The notes: generated by a model from the sequence alone, not told the origin. A stretch of DNA of 64,000 nucleotides from Eledone cirrhosa (GCA_964016885.1 CAXHJY010000335.1:10354-74353), one strand, 5' to 3'; counted from the first letter of the stretch, positions 11,966 to 23,988 are shown. Made by a program: numbers and translations.

Positions 11966-14900
11966 ATTTTCTTTTTATTTGCCACTAGGGCATCAAAAGT
12001 GGGACAAGTACAAAGGGGGGAGTTTACATAACAAGGGGTCCTCAATATGGAGGAGGCAATAACAAAATATAAAAATAAAATAAAATATAACAAGATAAAA
12101 TTTATAACAAAATCCTCAATAGAGAGGAAGCGCCTTGGGGGGTCGCACACACTCCCGAAAAAAAGTGTGCAACCCTTCTCCTCAGGAGCACAGAGAAGGG
12201 GTGCTCCCTTGGTCTTTCATCTTCCTCACCTATAGTCTGATGTAGAGTGAAGGCCCATTCACACTGGCCATTCTCGCCACTTTCACCCATCTTTCATAAA
12301 AACGGCTGGGGTGCAGCACCTCTCTCTCCATCCTGATCTTTCTTCCAAAATGATATCGGAAGAAACGGACCAGTTGTTGGCCAGAGAGGAAGGTGTCTGA
12401 CCTCAGTCCTTTCAGAAGCGTCCACCATACAACCTCTTTCGCCATGGCTATTACGCACAGAAACACCGCCTTTCCTTCGTTTTTGAAGAGGGGAGGCGGC
12501 TTGATCGTTACAATAGACTCGGTGGTCAACTGGATCGGTCCCACCCTTGACAGCAGTTGTTCGACATAGCCCCACAGATCGGCAATGCCCGAGCAGTGTA
12601 CCAATGCGTGTGCAATGGTTTCCTCGTCGCACACGCATCTGGGACAGATCTTTTTCGAGGGGTCCCTACCTGGGCGCCCGTGTCTGTAGAGCTTTTCTCG
12701 AACGGGCAGAGCCCTTCTGTAGCACTGCCAGGCCAGGGACCTCTGGAAGTTATCCATGGGTCCCGGGCTGAATGTCCTACCGAACAGGTTGGCCAGTTCA
12801 TCTTCCTCCATGCCTAGGGCTTCTCCGAGGGCGTCGTCGCACCTGCTAACTACCAGCCCTCTATAGAATGACGAGGTGGATTCTCCACTAACAGCCGGGT
12901 CCGCCTGCCAGAGAGCAGTGAGCGCCTGGGCACACTCAGTGTGCCAGGCGCCCAGTTTTCTCGGTCTTTGCGTGACCCAGGATTGCAGCTCGGTGAGTGA
13001 GACGAGTCTGGGAAAGGCTCGCCTCACAAACGGGGCCCACACCGGTTGACCGGAGAGGAATACCTGGAGGTACCGTAGCCTTAATGCGTGTTTACGTATC
13101 ATTAGCCACGGCATCCCCAGCCCTCCTTTCGAAGGGTGTTGACAGCAGATGGATCTCCTCACCATAGGAGCCCGCTTCTTCCAAAGGAATTGGAAGAGTG
13201 CGCGCTCCATTTTGGCGAGCGTTTCCCTTGGGCAAAGCACAACGGTCAGGCGGTAGTAGATGACGGGCGCTATATAAGTGTTTTCCACCTCCGCCCGACC
13301 TTTCAGGGACAGTTTGCACTCGGCCCACTTCTGGGTCAGTGCAAACACCCTGTTCGTTACCTCACCTCAGTTCTTCTCCACCTGGAGGTCTGGTCCGAAC
13401 CAGACTCCGAGCAACTTCACCGGGCCCTCCGTCCAGCGCCCGACGACGCCATCGGAGGGCATCGATCTGCCCCTCCACGTGCCGAGTTGCAGACCGATCG
13501 ACTTGTCCTGGTTCAGCTTAGCCCCTGTAAACCTTTTGTACTCCTCCAGTAAGGTGCCGATGCTCCCGATTTCCGAGGCCGTCGACACCATTAGTGTTAC
13601 GTCATTGGCGTAGGCCGACACCGCTTTCCGCAATCTCGGTTCCAACAGGATGCCCTGCAACAACTCCAACTTCCGCAGCAGTGGCTCTAGAGTCATTACA
13701 TACAGAAGGGAGGAGAGAGGGCACCCCTGTTGGATGGACCGCGCGATTTCGAACGGCTCCGAGAGGTAGCCGTTGTCCTTGACCCTAGAGCAGATGCGGC
13801 TGCTGTGCATGGCATTGATCCAGCCCCTGAAAACGGGTCCGAAGCCTGCCGCCGTTAGCACCGCATCCAGGTAACCATGGTCGACCCTATCGAACGCCTT
13901 AGATTGATCCAAGTTGATCAGGGCCCCACCAAAGCCGGGTTTGTTCCCAACCCTCTCTATGATGTATCGCATGAGGTGGAGGTTGTCGTGGATGGACCTG
14001 GACGGGATAGCACATGTGTGCGCATCTCCCACCAGGTTGCCCATGACAAGCACCAACCTCTTTGCTAGCACCTTGGCCAAAATCTGTAACTCTGTATTTA
14101 GCAGAGTTATGGGCCTGAAATTATTTATATCGTCCCTCTTGTTCTCGTCCTTCCTCACTAGCGTGACTACGCCCTTGGTCACAGCACAGGGAATTCTCCC
14201 GTTCTGTTGCCATTTGCAGTAGACCGCCTTGAGGAGATCGGGGAACAAGTCCGGCATAGCTAGATATAGTTCGTATGGAAGACCATCGAGACCCGGGGAT
14301 TTGCGTTTGCCGCATTGGCTCAGCACATCCTCTATCTCCGCGGCTGAAATTGGCTCCTCGCAGGACTTCGCCTCCCTGTCCGAGAGACGCGGCAGGCCGT
14401 CGAGGTATGGACCGAAGTCCACATCCCCAACCGGCTCCCCGCCCTTTCCGAACAATCGGGCAAAGTGCTTTTGAAAGGCCTCACACATCTGCTTAGGTTC
14501 AAGGATCGCCCGTCCATCCTGGTCTCGCAAAGATGGTGGATTTAGTTCCACTCTTGGCTCTGTCACGCGGGCCCAGCTAAGAGCTTTGGTCCCCTCGTTT
14601 CCCAGAGCACGTATTTTGCTTCGGATGATGCAGCCTTCGTGTTTCGTGTCGAAGAACTGGCCCAGGGCCGTTCTCGACGCTAGCACTCTGGCCACGTCGC
14701 CGCTTCTAATTGCCTCTTCTACACTATCTACCAACTCCCTTTCCTTCTCATTTCTAGTTGAGGCTAACTCCTTACTAAATTCTATAGAGACTACTCTAAT
14801 CTCTCTTTTGAGAGATCCCCACCACCTGCTGTTGACGATGGCGCCCGTCAACCGCTCCTTAACTAAAGTGCTAATCCGGTCCCTGTAAGCCTTACTTGCC

Positions 14901-15848
14901 GGTAAGGACAAGTTGAGCTTCCAGTAACCGGGTCCCCGTCTATGTGTTCTGTCAAGGTTGACCATGCAGGTCACTAACTTGTGGTCTGAATAGCCAACCA
15001 TGCGCATTTTTGGACAACTTAAAAAGTCCTTATCCTTAATTCTAACTAAGAACCTATCTAGGTACGACCTAGATGATCCGCTACGATTTGCCCAAGTCCA
15101 GGTTGGCACAGTCGGAAAATCTAGTCGATATCTATCGGCCAGGTCAAATCGATCGATTAACCCTTTGAGGCTATTACACCCCTCTCTATCGGGACAGGCC
15201 CCTACGTAGTCCCAGCGTGCATCTAGGATACCATTCCAGTCCCCCACTAATAGCAAGGAGCGGGACGTCCCTAGAAAAGTCTCCAGACGATGGAAGAAGT
15301 CCGGCCGCTTTGACCCGAAAGGGCCGTAGACGGCTACCAACCTAAACGCTCCGCCTTCACCACTGCCAAGGTCCAGAACCACTAGTTGACCCTCCGGGTC
15401 CAAATGTACCATCTGTGTTGCGAGACCCAGATGTTTTTGCAGCAGAACGACAACCTCACCCCCACCTCCGGGCTGACAGAGAGATGCGTGCATCTCAAAG
15501 TCATCAAAGGTGGGGGCCAGCTGTCGCATGTTGTTGATCCGGGCCTTGCAAATAACCATCACATCTATACATTGTGACCTGAGGTCATTTAGAAGCATTG
15601 CTTGCTTCCAAGTTGAGCCCAGGCCACGTGCATTTAAACAGCCTACTCTTAGCATTGCCATGTTGGTGGTGAAGAGAAAAGGCACTTACCTCTCTGCGTC
15701 CTGGGTATCGGGCTGCACAATTTCCATGAGGGTGGGAGATGGGTTGTTGGGTGGGGATGACTTGGGTGGGGGTGCCTGTGGTGGGGAGGCCTTTGTAGAG
15801 GACGCGGTTGATTGGTTTCACGCAGGAATTCCCCACGTCCTCTACAAA
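11966..15848 (-). mobile_element. Tx1-clade LINE copy E4 (older; ORF2 inactivated)
   Basis: ORF2 15661-12230 has an in-frame TGA at 13369-13367, YADD changed to YAND, and compensating indels near 14530-14555. Confidence 0.95.
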
Positions 15849-16229
15849 TATATACAGAATATATTTGCTATGTGTATACCAGTTATTAGAATAAGTACAC
15901 TTTCTCTGCATGTCATGAGAATTGACTAAAAGGGTTGGCACCAGGAAGGGCATTGGGCTGTAAAACATTGTCTCAATTCCATGTTAGCATGGAAAGGAAG
16001 ACGTAAAAATGATTATGATGATGATATAAATCCATAATTTACAAAGAAATTAAAAAAAATTCTCTAACTACTATCATTTCAAATAATACAGAAGTGAGGT
16101 GTGATCTATAGCCCATCTGGGAGGTCTGTAGCTCTAATTAAGAACAGACTTAGTCTATGACAACCTGTCCAACCCATGCCAGCATGGAAAAATGCATATT
16201 AAATGATAATGATGATGTTGAAAACAAAC

Positions 16230-16469
16230 CTTTTAGCAGGAAGATTGACACCGGCAGCTAGGGTTGAAGTACAAGCTAATAAGCACAGAGTACCATCTGA
16301 GTATGCATCTTCTATCAGCCTCCGTTCATCACTAGTAAGCCCACTGTGGTGATAGGCAAGGCCAAAAGGAACCGTTTGTGCTAAAACAGAGCACAAATGT
16401 CCATTGTTATCAGCTTTCAGATCTTTCAGAAGTTGTTTTTTATGAGATCTGTGAATATCCAGTAAATTC
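16230..16469 (-). CDS. HELQ: HELQ exon with motifs IVa and V
   Basis: [46 protein letters not shown]; TTGCAG acceptor; AG|GTTTGT donor. Confidence 0.97.
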
Positions 16470-17410
16470 CTGCAAAATATAAATATGGTCAACCCTTCTG
16501 ATTAGAAAACTGCCTGAAAACACCTCTGATTTTATGAGACAAAATTATCCATTTTAATGAGTTCATATTTATATTAAAACCTTCCATAATAATTCTATGT
16601 AAGAACTTTTTGTCAAGTAATGCTCCAAACATCAGCTTAATAATAAGAAAGTTAGTTATGTTACTAAATGTCTTAAAATTCTTGATTATTTCCAAAATAT
16701 CTTGAAAAACATAGGCAGTGTTTTTCATAAGAAATATGGTAATGAAAGGATTATGGTTAAGAAAGAAAAGGTGCATTAGATGAATTTAACTCTTAACATT
16801 CTGCAATAATTTAGAAGATAATACTAAAAAAAATATGGACAGATAGTTTTGAACATTTGTAGCAAGAGAGTAAAAGAGTAAAAGAATTGCTGAATCAGCA
16901 ATTCTGTGCTTAAACTTTAATCTGTTCTTATAATAAATATATATATATATATATCAAGGGAAAAGGGAATATGATATATATATATATATATATATTCCAC
17001 CTTCTCTTTTCATTTCTTCTTGGCTAATCAATATGTTGGGCCTCATCTATATCTCTTCTTTTCAGTTACAGTACATTGGTTTCTAACATATTTTATCTTA
17101 TTTGTAAATAGTCAAAAGATCAATTGTCTTTCTTGTGTCCATTTGTTACTGTCCCATGTGTGTACACTGGAGCCAGTTGTAATGATCTTAAAGCACTGAA
17201 ATAACATATCTCCATTGATCAACTGATGAAAGGGGACTGCCTTTGTTTCGTTCATTTTTCTGTTGTCTTTGCCCATATTTTTATTTATAAATATAATCCT
17301 CATCACCGTTTAAAGTCCATTTTTCCATGCTAGCATGGGTTAGATGAGCTGTCCCATTGTGAGTCAAGCCAGGTCAGATGACCGTGTCTTTCTCATGCAG
17401 AACTGATTAT

Positions 17411-19568
17411 ATCATCATCCTCACCGTTTTACGTCCGTTCTTCCACGCTAGCATGGGTTAGACGGGTTGTTCTGTTGTGGGCAGTGTCCAGTCTTGCTCA
17501 TATGGGAACTGATTCTGGCTTGATTTCTACAGCTGGATGCCCTTCCTAACACCAACCTCATTTACAGTGAGTGCTGGGTGCTTTTTTCCGTGGCGCCTCG
17601 GGTCTTCTGTATTACTGCGTGACGCCAGAGGTCACAGTCGTGTGTCATCGCCTTTGAGTAAGGTTGGCTTTTATCACCTCATCCCAGGTCTTCTTAGGTC
17701 TCTCCACTCCACGGTTTCTATCGACTTCTAGTGCTCTGCATCTTTTTATGCAGTTGTCATCCTTCATACACATCACATGTCCATACCAACGCAACCTCCT
17801 CTCCTGCACACAGCATTTGATTCCTCTTATGCTCAGTCTCTCTCTCAATTCGTTTATGCGTTTCTGTTCGAGTATATTACTATTACACATCCATCAGAGC
17901 ATGCAGGCTTCGTTTCTTTCTAATCTACGCAAGTCTTCTACAGACAGCGCCCAGGTCTCACTACCATGTAACATTGCTGTTTGTATACACGCATCATACA
18001 GTCTGCTCTTCATTTTGAGAGGAAAAGCCTTTTGCAGCTAGCAGTGGCTCCCTGAACTTCTTCCATCCCGTTCTTACCCTAGTTATTGTACTTTCCGAAC
18101 ACCCACCTCTGCTGCTAATTCTGTCACCTAGGTAGCAGAAGCTGTCTACTGTTCCTACAGAGCCCTCCCAGAGTTTGGTCATGCTTGTTTCCTGTGGCTG
18201 TTTGCTGCTTGCTGTCCCAGTGCAGCTGCTACAGGTGAAGCCTACATTCTTAGTTAAGCTTCCCGAGATCCCACTACATCTCTTGTGTACCCATTGTTTG
18301 CATTTGGGGCAGAGGATGGAGTTCCTACCTACACCTTTCCTACATTCTGAGCAAGGCCATTTCCCTGAGGGGATCTGGGTTCTGTTTTCTCCTCTACTTA
18401 CAAGGACCTTAGTCTTTGTAAGGTAGACTTTGAGACCCCTTTTTTCTAGTCCCTGCTTCCATGTTTAGAATTTCTTCTCTAGTTCTACCATAGATTCAGC
18501 TATAAGTGCGAGGTCATCTGCATACAGGAGTTCCCACGGGCATCCGGTCTTAAACTCATCCGTTATTGCCTGCAAAACTATGATGAACAGGAGAGGGCTA
18601 AGAACAGAGCCCTGGTGGACACCGACCTGCATGCTAAATTCATCGCTATAGTCATTGCTAATCCTAACTTTGCTGACTGCTCCCCTATACATGGCTTGTA
18701 CAACTTTCACAAGCCATTCATTTACCCCTAGTTTCCTAAGAGCCCACCAGATTATGGCACGGGGAACTCTGTCAAAGGCTTTCTCCATATCGACGAATGT
18801 CAGGTAGAGTGGCTTACTTTTAGCTAGGTACTTTTCCTGTAACTGCCTCACAAGGAAGGAAGAAGGCATCAGTGTTGCCTTTTCCTGGCACAAACCCAAA
18901 TTGCATCTCATCTAGTTTCACCCAGTCCCTAATCAACTGTGCTATAACTCTTTCTGTTACTTTCATGACCTGGTCCATCAGCTTTATACCTCTATAGTTT
19001 CTTCTATCTAGTTGTAGCAGTTGACAATGAAGCTGCTGCACCAATCCTTTGGTATGACACCTTCTAGTATTACCTGGTTAACAATACGTGTGGTTATGGT
19101 GTGACCTACCGACCCAGATGCCTTCAGCATCTCGGCAGCTATACCCGATGGACCGGTTGCCTTCCCCGTCTTCATATCTTTGATTGCCTTACTTACTACT
19201 CTGCTGCTGACTTGTATTGCTGGCCCCTCTATAGGGTCTACTTGGGGTAGAGTCTCTTTCTCCCAGGCATTCTCCTCATTTAGTAATCTTTCATAATAGC
19301 TCTTCCACACATCTTTCTTCTCAGCACTTGTGAGTGCAAGCTCACCTTTATCATTCCGGATACACTTCTCTCCAATGACATCACAATTCTCTCTGACACA
19401 CTGCCTCACAATCTTGAACATCTCCTGTTTCTGGTCCTCACGTTGCAAGACATGCTTCAATTTTCTATCCGCCGCTTCCCTTCTAGCTAAGTATACTTGT
19501 CACCTAGCTTCCCTCCTGGTCTCTATGTAACGTACCCTGCTTCCCCCGTTCTTCCATTCTTTCCATGC

Positions 19569-19570
<2 letters not shown>
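17411..19570 (-). mobile_element. RTE-clade LINE with PHD finger (5'-truncated, frameshifted)
   Basis: Fragments with KAFDRVP, QGSVLSP, YADD, PHD cysteines at about 18220-18365 and RRLRWYGHV; (GAT)n-type tail at 17411. Confidence 0.93.
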
Positions 19571-19612
<42 letters not shown>

Positions 19613-19614
<2 letters not shown>

Positions 19615-22600
19615 GCAATCCAAAACTTCAGAGTTGGTACCATGAATGTAGGCACCTTAAAGGGTCGCTCTAACGAGGTTGTAGAAATGCTTGAACGTAA
19701 GGAGGTCGATGTTTGTTGTATTCAAGAGACCAGGTGGAGGGGAGGGTCGGCTAGATTCATCGTGGGTAAAGAGCGATGCTATAAGCTTTTCTGGGTGGGA
19801 AATGACAATGGGTTGGGTGGGGTAGGAATCATGGTAGCAGAAAAGTGGGGAGATAAGATAATAGACGTAAATAGAGTGAACGACAGAATAATTAAAATAA
19901 GACTTGTCCTCAATAAAACTACGGTGACAGTAATATCTGCGTACGCACCCCAATCCGGACAGCCCCGCGCTATAAAAGACAGATTCTACGAGACACTGAT
20001 GCTCGCTACCTCCCAAATAACCGACAGTGACTATATAGTTATTGCAGGCGACCTAAATGGTCACGTTGGACAACATTGTGACGGCTATGACGGAATCCAT
20101 GGAGGCTATGGGTTCGGTACTAGAAATGAGGAAGGCTCCAGAATCCTGGAATTCTGCGACGCAAATAACTTAACTATCTGTAACACTAACTTCAAAAAAC
20201 GAGACAATCACTTGATCACCTATAGATCGGGGGAACACACAAGCCAGGTAGATTATATCCTTACCAGAAGACGTGACAGAGTGTCTGTTGTTAACACTAA
20301 ATCCCACCCCCATGAAGAATTCACCTCCCAACATAGACTGATAATTAGCGACCTCATAGTCAGGACGAGACGTACTAGACAGCGAAAGAGGACTATCCTC
20401 AGGAGAAAAATATGGAAGCTAAAGGACCCCATAGCCAGAAATAAATTTCAAAGCAAATTACTTGACGCTTTCGACAGTAAGGAAGAGCAATTAGAGTCGT
20501 ATAATATAGAGGAACAGTGGGAATTCCTGAGAGCAAACCTGCTGACGGCGGCAGACGAAGTCTGTGGCTGGAGCAGGCCTGTAGGTAGGAGGAGAGTAAC
20601 ATGGTGGTGGAACAGTAAGGTGGAGGAGTCAATTAAGGCCAAAAAGCAGGCTTGGAAAGTATGGCGGGATGGGGGAAGTAGAGAAGACTATCAAGTGGCC
20701 AGGAGGGAAGCTAGGAGACAAGTGTACTTCGCAAGAAGGGAAGCAGAGGAAAGAAAGTTCAAGCATGTTCTACAACGTGAGGACCAAAAACGTGAGGTGT
20801 TCAGGATTGCCAGGCAATGTGTCAAGGAAAACCGTGATATTGTCGGGGAGAAGTGTGTACTTAACGATGATGGCATACTTGCCATCACCGACGCTGATAA
20901 GAAGGTAGCTTGGAAGTGTCACTACGAAAGGCTTCTAAATGAGGAGAACAAATGGGAGAAAGACAGTCTCCCCCAGATCGATCCAATAGAGGGACCAGCA
21001 GTGTTAGTTGAAGGTAGTATAATAAGTAAGGCAATCAAAGATATGAAGACGGGTAAGGCGGCTGGGCCTTCGGAAATAGTTGCTGAGATGCTGAAGGCAT
21101 CTGGTTCGGTGGGACACACCATGGTCACCCGGATAGTTAACCAAGTCGTACAGAATGGGGTTGTTCCGAAGGAATGGCGTAGCAGCATCATCGTTAACTG
21201 CTATAAGGGAAAAGGAGACGCCCTAGATAGGAGTAACTATAGAGGCATTAAATTAATCGACCAGGTCATGAAGGTCACGGAAAAAGTAATAGCGCAACTA
21301 ATCAGAGAGAGAATTGATCTAGATGAAATGCAGTTCGGGTTTGTGTCAGGCAAAAGTACCACAGACGCTCTTTTCATTGTACGACAACTACAGGAGAAGT
21401 ACCTAGCTAAAAGTAAACCCCTATACTTAGCTTTTGTCGACTTGGAGAAAGCCTTCGACAGAGTCCCCCGTTCCATTATCTGGTGGTCTCTTAGAAAACT
21501 AGGTGTTGACGAATGGCTTGTGAGAGCTATACAAGCCATGTATAAAGAAACAGTCAGTAAGGTTAGAATTAACAACGAATATAGTGAAGAGTTTAGCGTA
21601 AAAGTTGGTGTCCATCAGGGCTCTGTACTTAGCCCCCTACTATTTATTATTGCCCTTCAGGCTATAACAGAGGAGTTCAAGACCGGCTGCCCATGGGAAC
21701 TCCTATACGCAGATGATCTAACGCTCATAGCTGAATCAATGACCGAACTAGAGAAGAAATTCCAAACGTGGAAGCACGGCCTAGAATCAAAAGGCCTTAA
21801 AATTAACCTGGCTAAGACTAAAGTTCTAGTTTGTAGGAAAGAAAATAAGGCGGCGGTCCCATCGGGGAAATGGCCATGCTCAGTGTGTAGGAAAGGCGTA
21901 GGTAGAAACTCCATTTTATGTCCCAAATGCAAAGTATGGGTGCATAAAAGATGTAGTGGGATCACAGGTAAGCTAACTAAGAACATAGATTTTACATGTG
22001 GCCGGTGCTCTGGTGCAATAAGTAGCAGCAAGTGCCCACAAAATACTAGCTCCTTCAACTGCGCAGAGGGTTCTATAGAAATAGTGGACAGCTTCCGTTA
22101 TCTGGGTGACAAAATCAGCAGTGGGGGAGGGTGCTCTGAAAGTACAGTAGCTAGAGTCAGAACTGGATGGAAAAAGTTCAGAGAGCTTATACCACTATTA
22201 GCCGCTAGAGGGTTCTCCCTAAAAATGAAAGGCAGGTTATACGATGCCTGCATACGAACAGCAATGCTGCATGGCAGTGAGACCTGGGCATTGTGTGCAG
22301 AGGATATACGCAGACTAGAGAGGAACGAAGCTTGCATGCTCCGCTGGATGTGCAATAGTAATATACGTGAACGGCAAAGCATAAACGAACTAAGGAAAAA
22401 ATTAGAAATAAGAGGGATCAGATGTTGTTTACTCGAGAGAAGGCTACGTTGGTACGGTCACGTGATGCGCATGAAAGACGACAGCTGTATAACAAAGTGC
22501 AGGGCAATAAAGATAGACGGTAGCCACGGAGTAGGCAGACCCAGAAAAACATGGGACGAGCTGATAAATTCCGACCTCACACGCTTACACCTCTCCAAGA

Positions 22601-23161
22601 CAATGTCACTGGACCGAGACCTTTGGCGGTACTCAGTAATAGAGAAGACCCGCCTTACCTAAATACAAAGTAAAAACCTACTACAGTCAGTAGGCACCTC
22701 TATCAAAACACACCCCCGTCCCACCACCTCCACCCCACCCACACCGCCCCTTTCAATGTAAAGTTATGTTGGTCCCACAACATCCAGGCCGAAACAAATG
22801 AGATCGTGTAGGTGTCACGACAAAAAACACAGAGTCCACGCTGTAAATGTGGCCGTGTAGGCAACACGGTAAAAACCTCCCAGCCCCACACTGTAAATGT
22901 GGTTGGTGTTAGGAAGGGCATCCAGCTGTAGAAAACCCGCCAGACAGTCCACGCTGTAATGTGGCCGTGTAGGCAACACGGTAAAAACCTCCCAGCCCCA
23001 CACTGTAAATGTGGTTGGTGTTAGGAAGGGCATCCAACTGTAGAAAACCCGCCAGACAGTCCTATGCGAGCAAGACAACCACTCTTGCCTCAAGTGGGAA
23101 AACCCCCGTCCAAACCCATGCAAGCGTGGAACACGGACGCTAAACCTGATGATGATGATGA

Positions 23162-23163
<2 letters not shown>
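19613..23163 (+). mobile_element. RTE-clade LINE, young, between (TA)n tracts
   Basis: Intact ORF; 3' UTR with an internal tandem duplication (about 22840-23060); (GAT)n tail; (TA)n at 19572-19613 and 23165-23198. Confidence 0.96.
19642..22662 (+). CDS. RTE ORF (1006 aa): APE endonuclease and RT with an inserted PHD finger
   Basis: The frame extends upstream as IQNFRVGTMNVGTL; QETR, GDLN, QGSVLSP, YADD, a C4HC3 motif, YLG and GRPRKTW. Confidence 0.95.
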   Translation: MNVGTLKGRSNEVVEMLERKEVDVCCIQETRWRGGSARFIVGKERCYKLFWVGNDNGLGGVGIMVAEKWGDKIIDVNRVNDRIIKIRLVLNKTTVTVISAYAPQSGQPRAIKDRFYETLMLATSQITDSDYIVIAGDLNGHVGQHCDGYDGIHGGYGFGTRNEEGSRILEFCDANNLTICNTNFKKRDNHLITYRSGEHTSQVDYILTRRRDRVSVVNTKSHPHEEFTSQHRLIISDLIVRTRRTRQRKRTILRRKIWKLKDPIARNKFQSKLLDAFDSKEEQLESYNIEEQWEFLRANLLTAADEVCGWSRPVGRRRVTWWWNSKVEESIKAKKQAWKVWRDGGSREDYQVARREARRQVYFARREAEERKFKHVLQREDQKREVFRIARQCVKENRDIVGEKCVLNDDGILAITDADKKVAWKCHYERLLNEENKWEKDSLPQIDPIEGPAVLVEGSIISKAIKDMKTGKAAGPSEIVAEMLKASGSVGHTMVTRIVNQVVQNGVVPKEWRSSIIVNCYKGKGDALDRSNYRGIKLIDQVMKVTEKVIAQLIRERIDLDEMQFGFVSGKSTTDALFIVRQLQEKYLAKSKPLYLAFVDLEKAFDRVPRSIIWWSLRKLGVDEWLVRAIQAMYKETVSKVRINNEYSEEFSVKVGVHQGSVLSPLLFIIALQAITEEFKTGCPWELLYADDLTLIAESMTELEKKFQTWKHGLESKGLKINLAKTKVLVCRKENKAAVPSGKWPCSVCRKGVGRNSILCPKCKVWVHKRCSGITGKLTKNIDFTCGRCSGAISSSKCPQNTSSFNCAEGSIEIVDSFRYLGDKISSGGGCSESTVARVRTGWKKFRELIPLLAARGFSLKMKGRLYDACIRTAMLHGSETWALCAEDIRRLERNEACMLRWMCNSNIRERQSINELRKKLEIRGIRCCLLERRLRWYGHVMRMKDDSCITKCRAIKIDGSHGVGRPRKTWDELINSDLTRLHLSKTMSLDRDLWRYSVIEKTRLT

Positions 23164-23203
<40 letters not shown>

Positions 23204-23281
23204 ACTGAAACCAGTAAAAGAATAAAAGAACAATGCATGATTGCTTTAAAAGCTAGTTATAGAGAGGCAGGGATTCCATAC

Positions 23282-23436
23282 CGTTTATATTTGGCCAACA
23301 TTTTGGTGAGCATACTGGCCACATTTTCACAATTATTCTTTGTAGAACAAAACAATAGACAGGAATTGTCAGGAATCACCTCCAAGACTAGACCTAGCAG
23401 ATGATCTGGGTCTGTTTTACACATTTGTTTCTTGTA
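23282..23436 (-). CDS. HELQ: HELQ exon with motif IV (not in the ORF track)
   Basis: YKKQMCKTDPDHLLGLVLEVIPDNSCLLFCSTKNNCENVA...; TTTCAG acceptor; CG|GTATGG donor. Confidence 0.95.
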
Positions 23437-23988
23437 CTGAAATAATATAAAATAATAAAATACAAGAATTTAGAAAAATAAAAAATATATATATAACAAT
23501 GTTATTTATTTAAACTAGTCTTTGGAACATAAATTAACAAAGATGCTCACATACAATTATGATGGAAGATAAATATAAATATTTTAACCCAATTGTTATG
23601 TTTTTAAAAGAGTTGGCACCAGAAAGGGTTTCTGGCTGTAAAACAATACCCCCAAAATCCATGAAAAGAAGAATTAAGCTTGTTTTAGTAGGGATAATAT
23701 CTTTAAATGGTGGTGGTTGTATTTCTAATGAAAAAAACACTGCCTATAAATTTCCTATAGTTTTTGAAAATAATCAAGAATTTGGAGTGATTTCATAATA
23801 TAACTAACTATCGCATTATTTAGTTGGCGTTTGGAACATAATTTAACAAAAGGTCTTACATAAATAATGAAATAATGAATAATCTTAGTAAATTTCTCAA
23901 ATTCTTCATTAATTAAGTGCAATAGAGTGTATTTCATTAGAAATAGTTATGTAAACGTTAAAACTGCTAAAAAAAATTAATATCAAAC

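Noticed and set aside
13367-13369. In-frame TGA in E4 as recoding (selenocysteine or readthrough)
   Set aside because: It replaces a Trp TGG present in E2 and E3, and the copy also carries YAND, so this is ordinary decay.
4634-15929. Many short plus-strand ORFs repeated across the Tx1 copies
   Set aside because: Antisense shadows of the GC-rich ORF2, repeated only because the copies are homologous.
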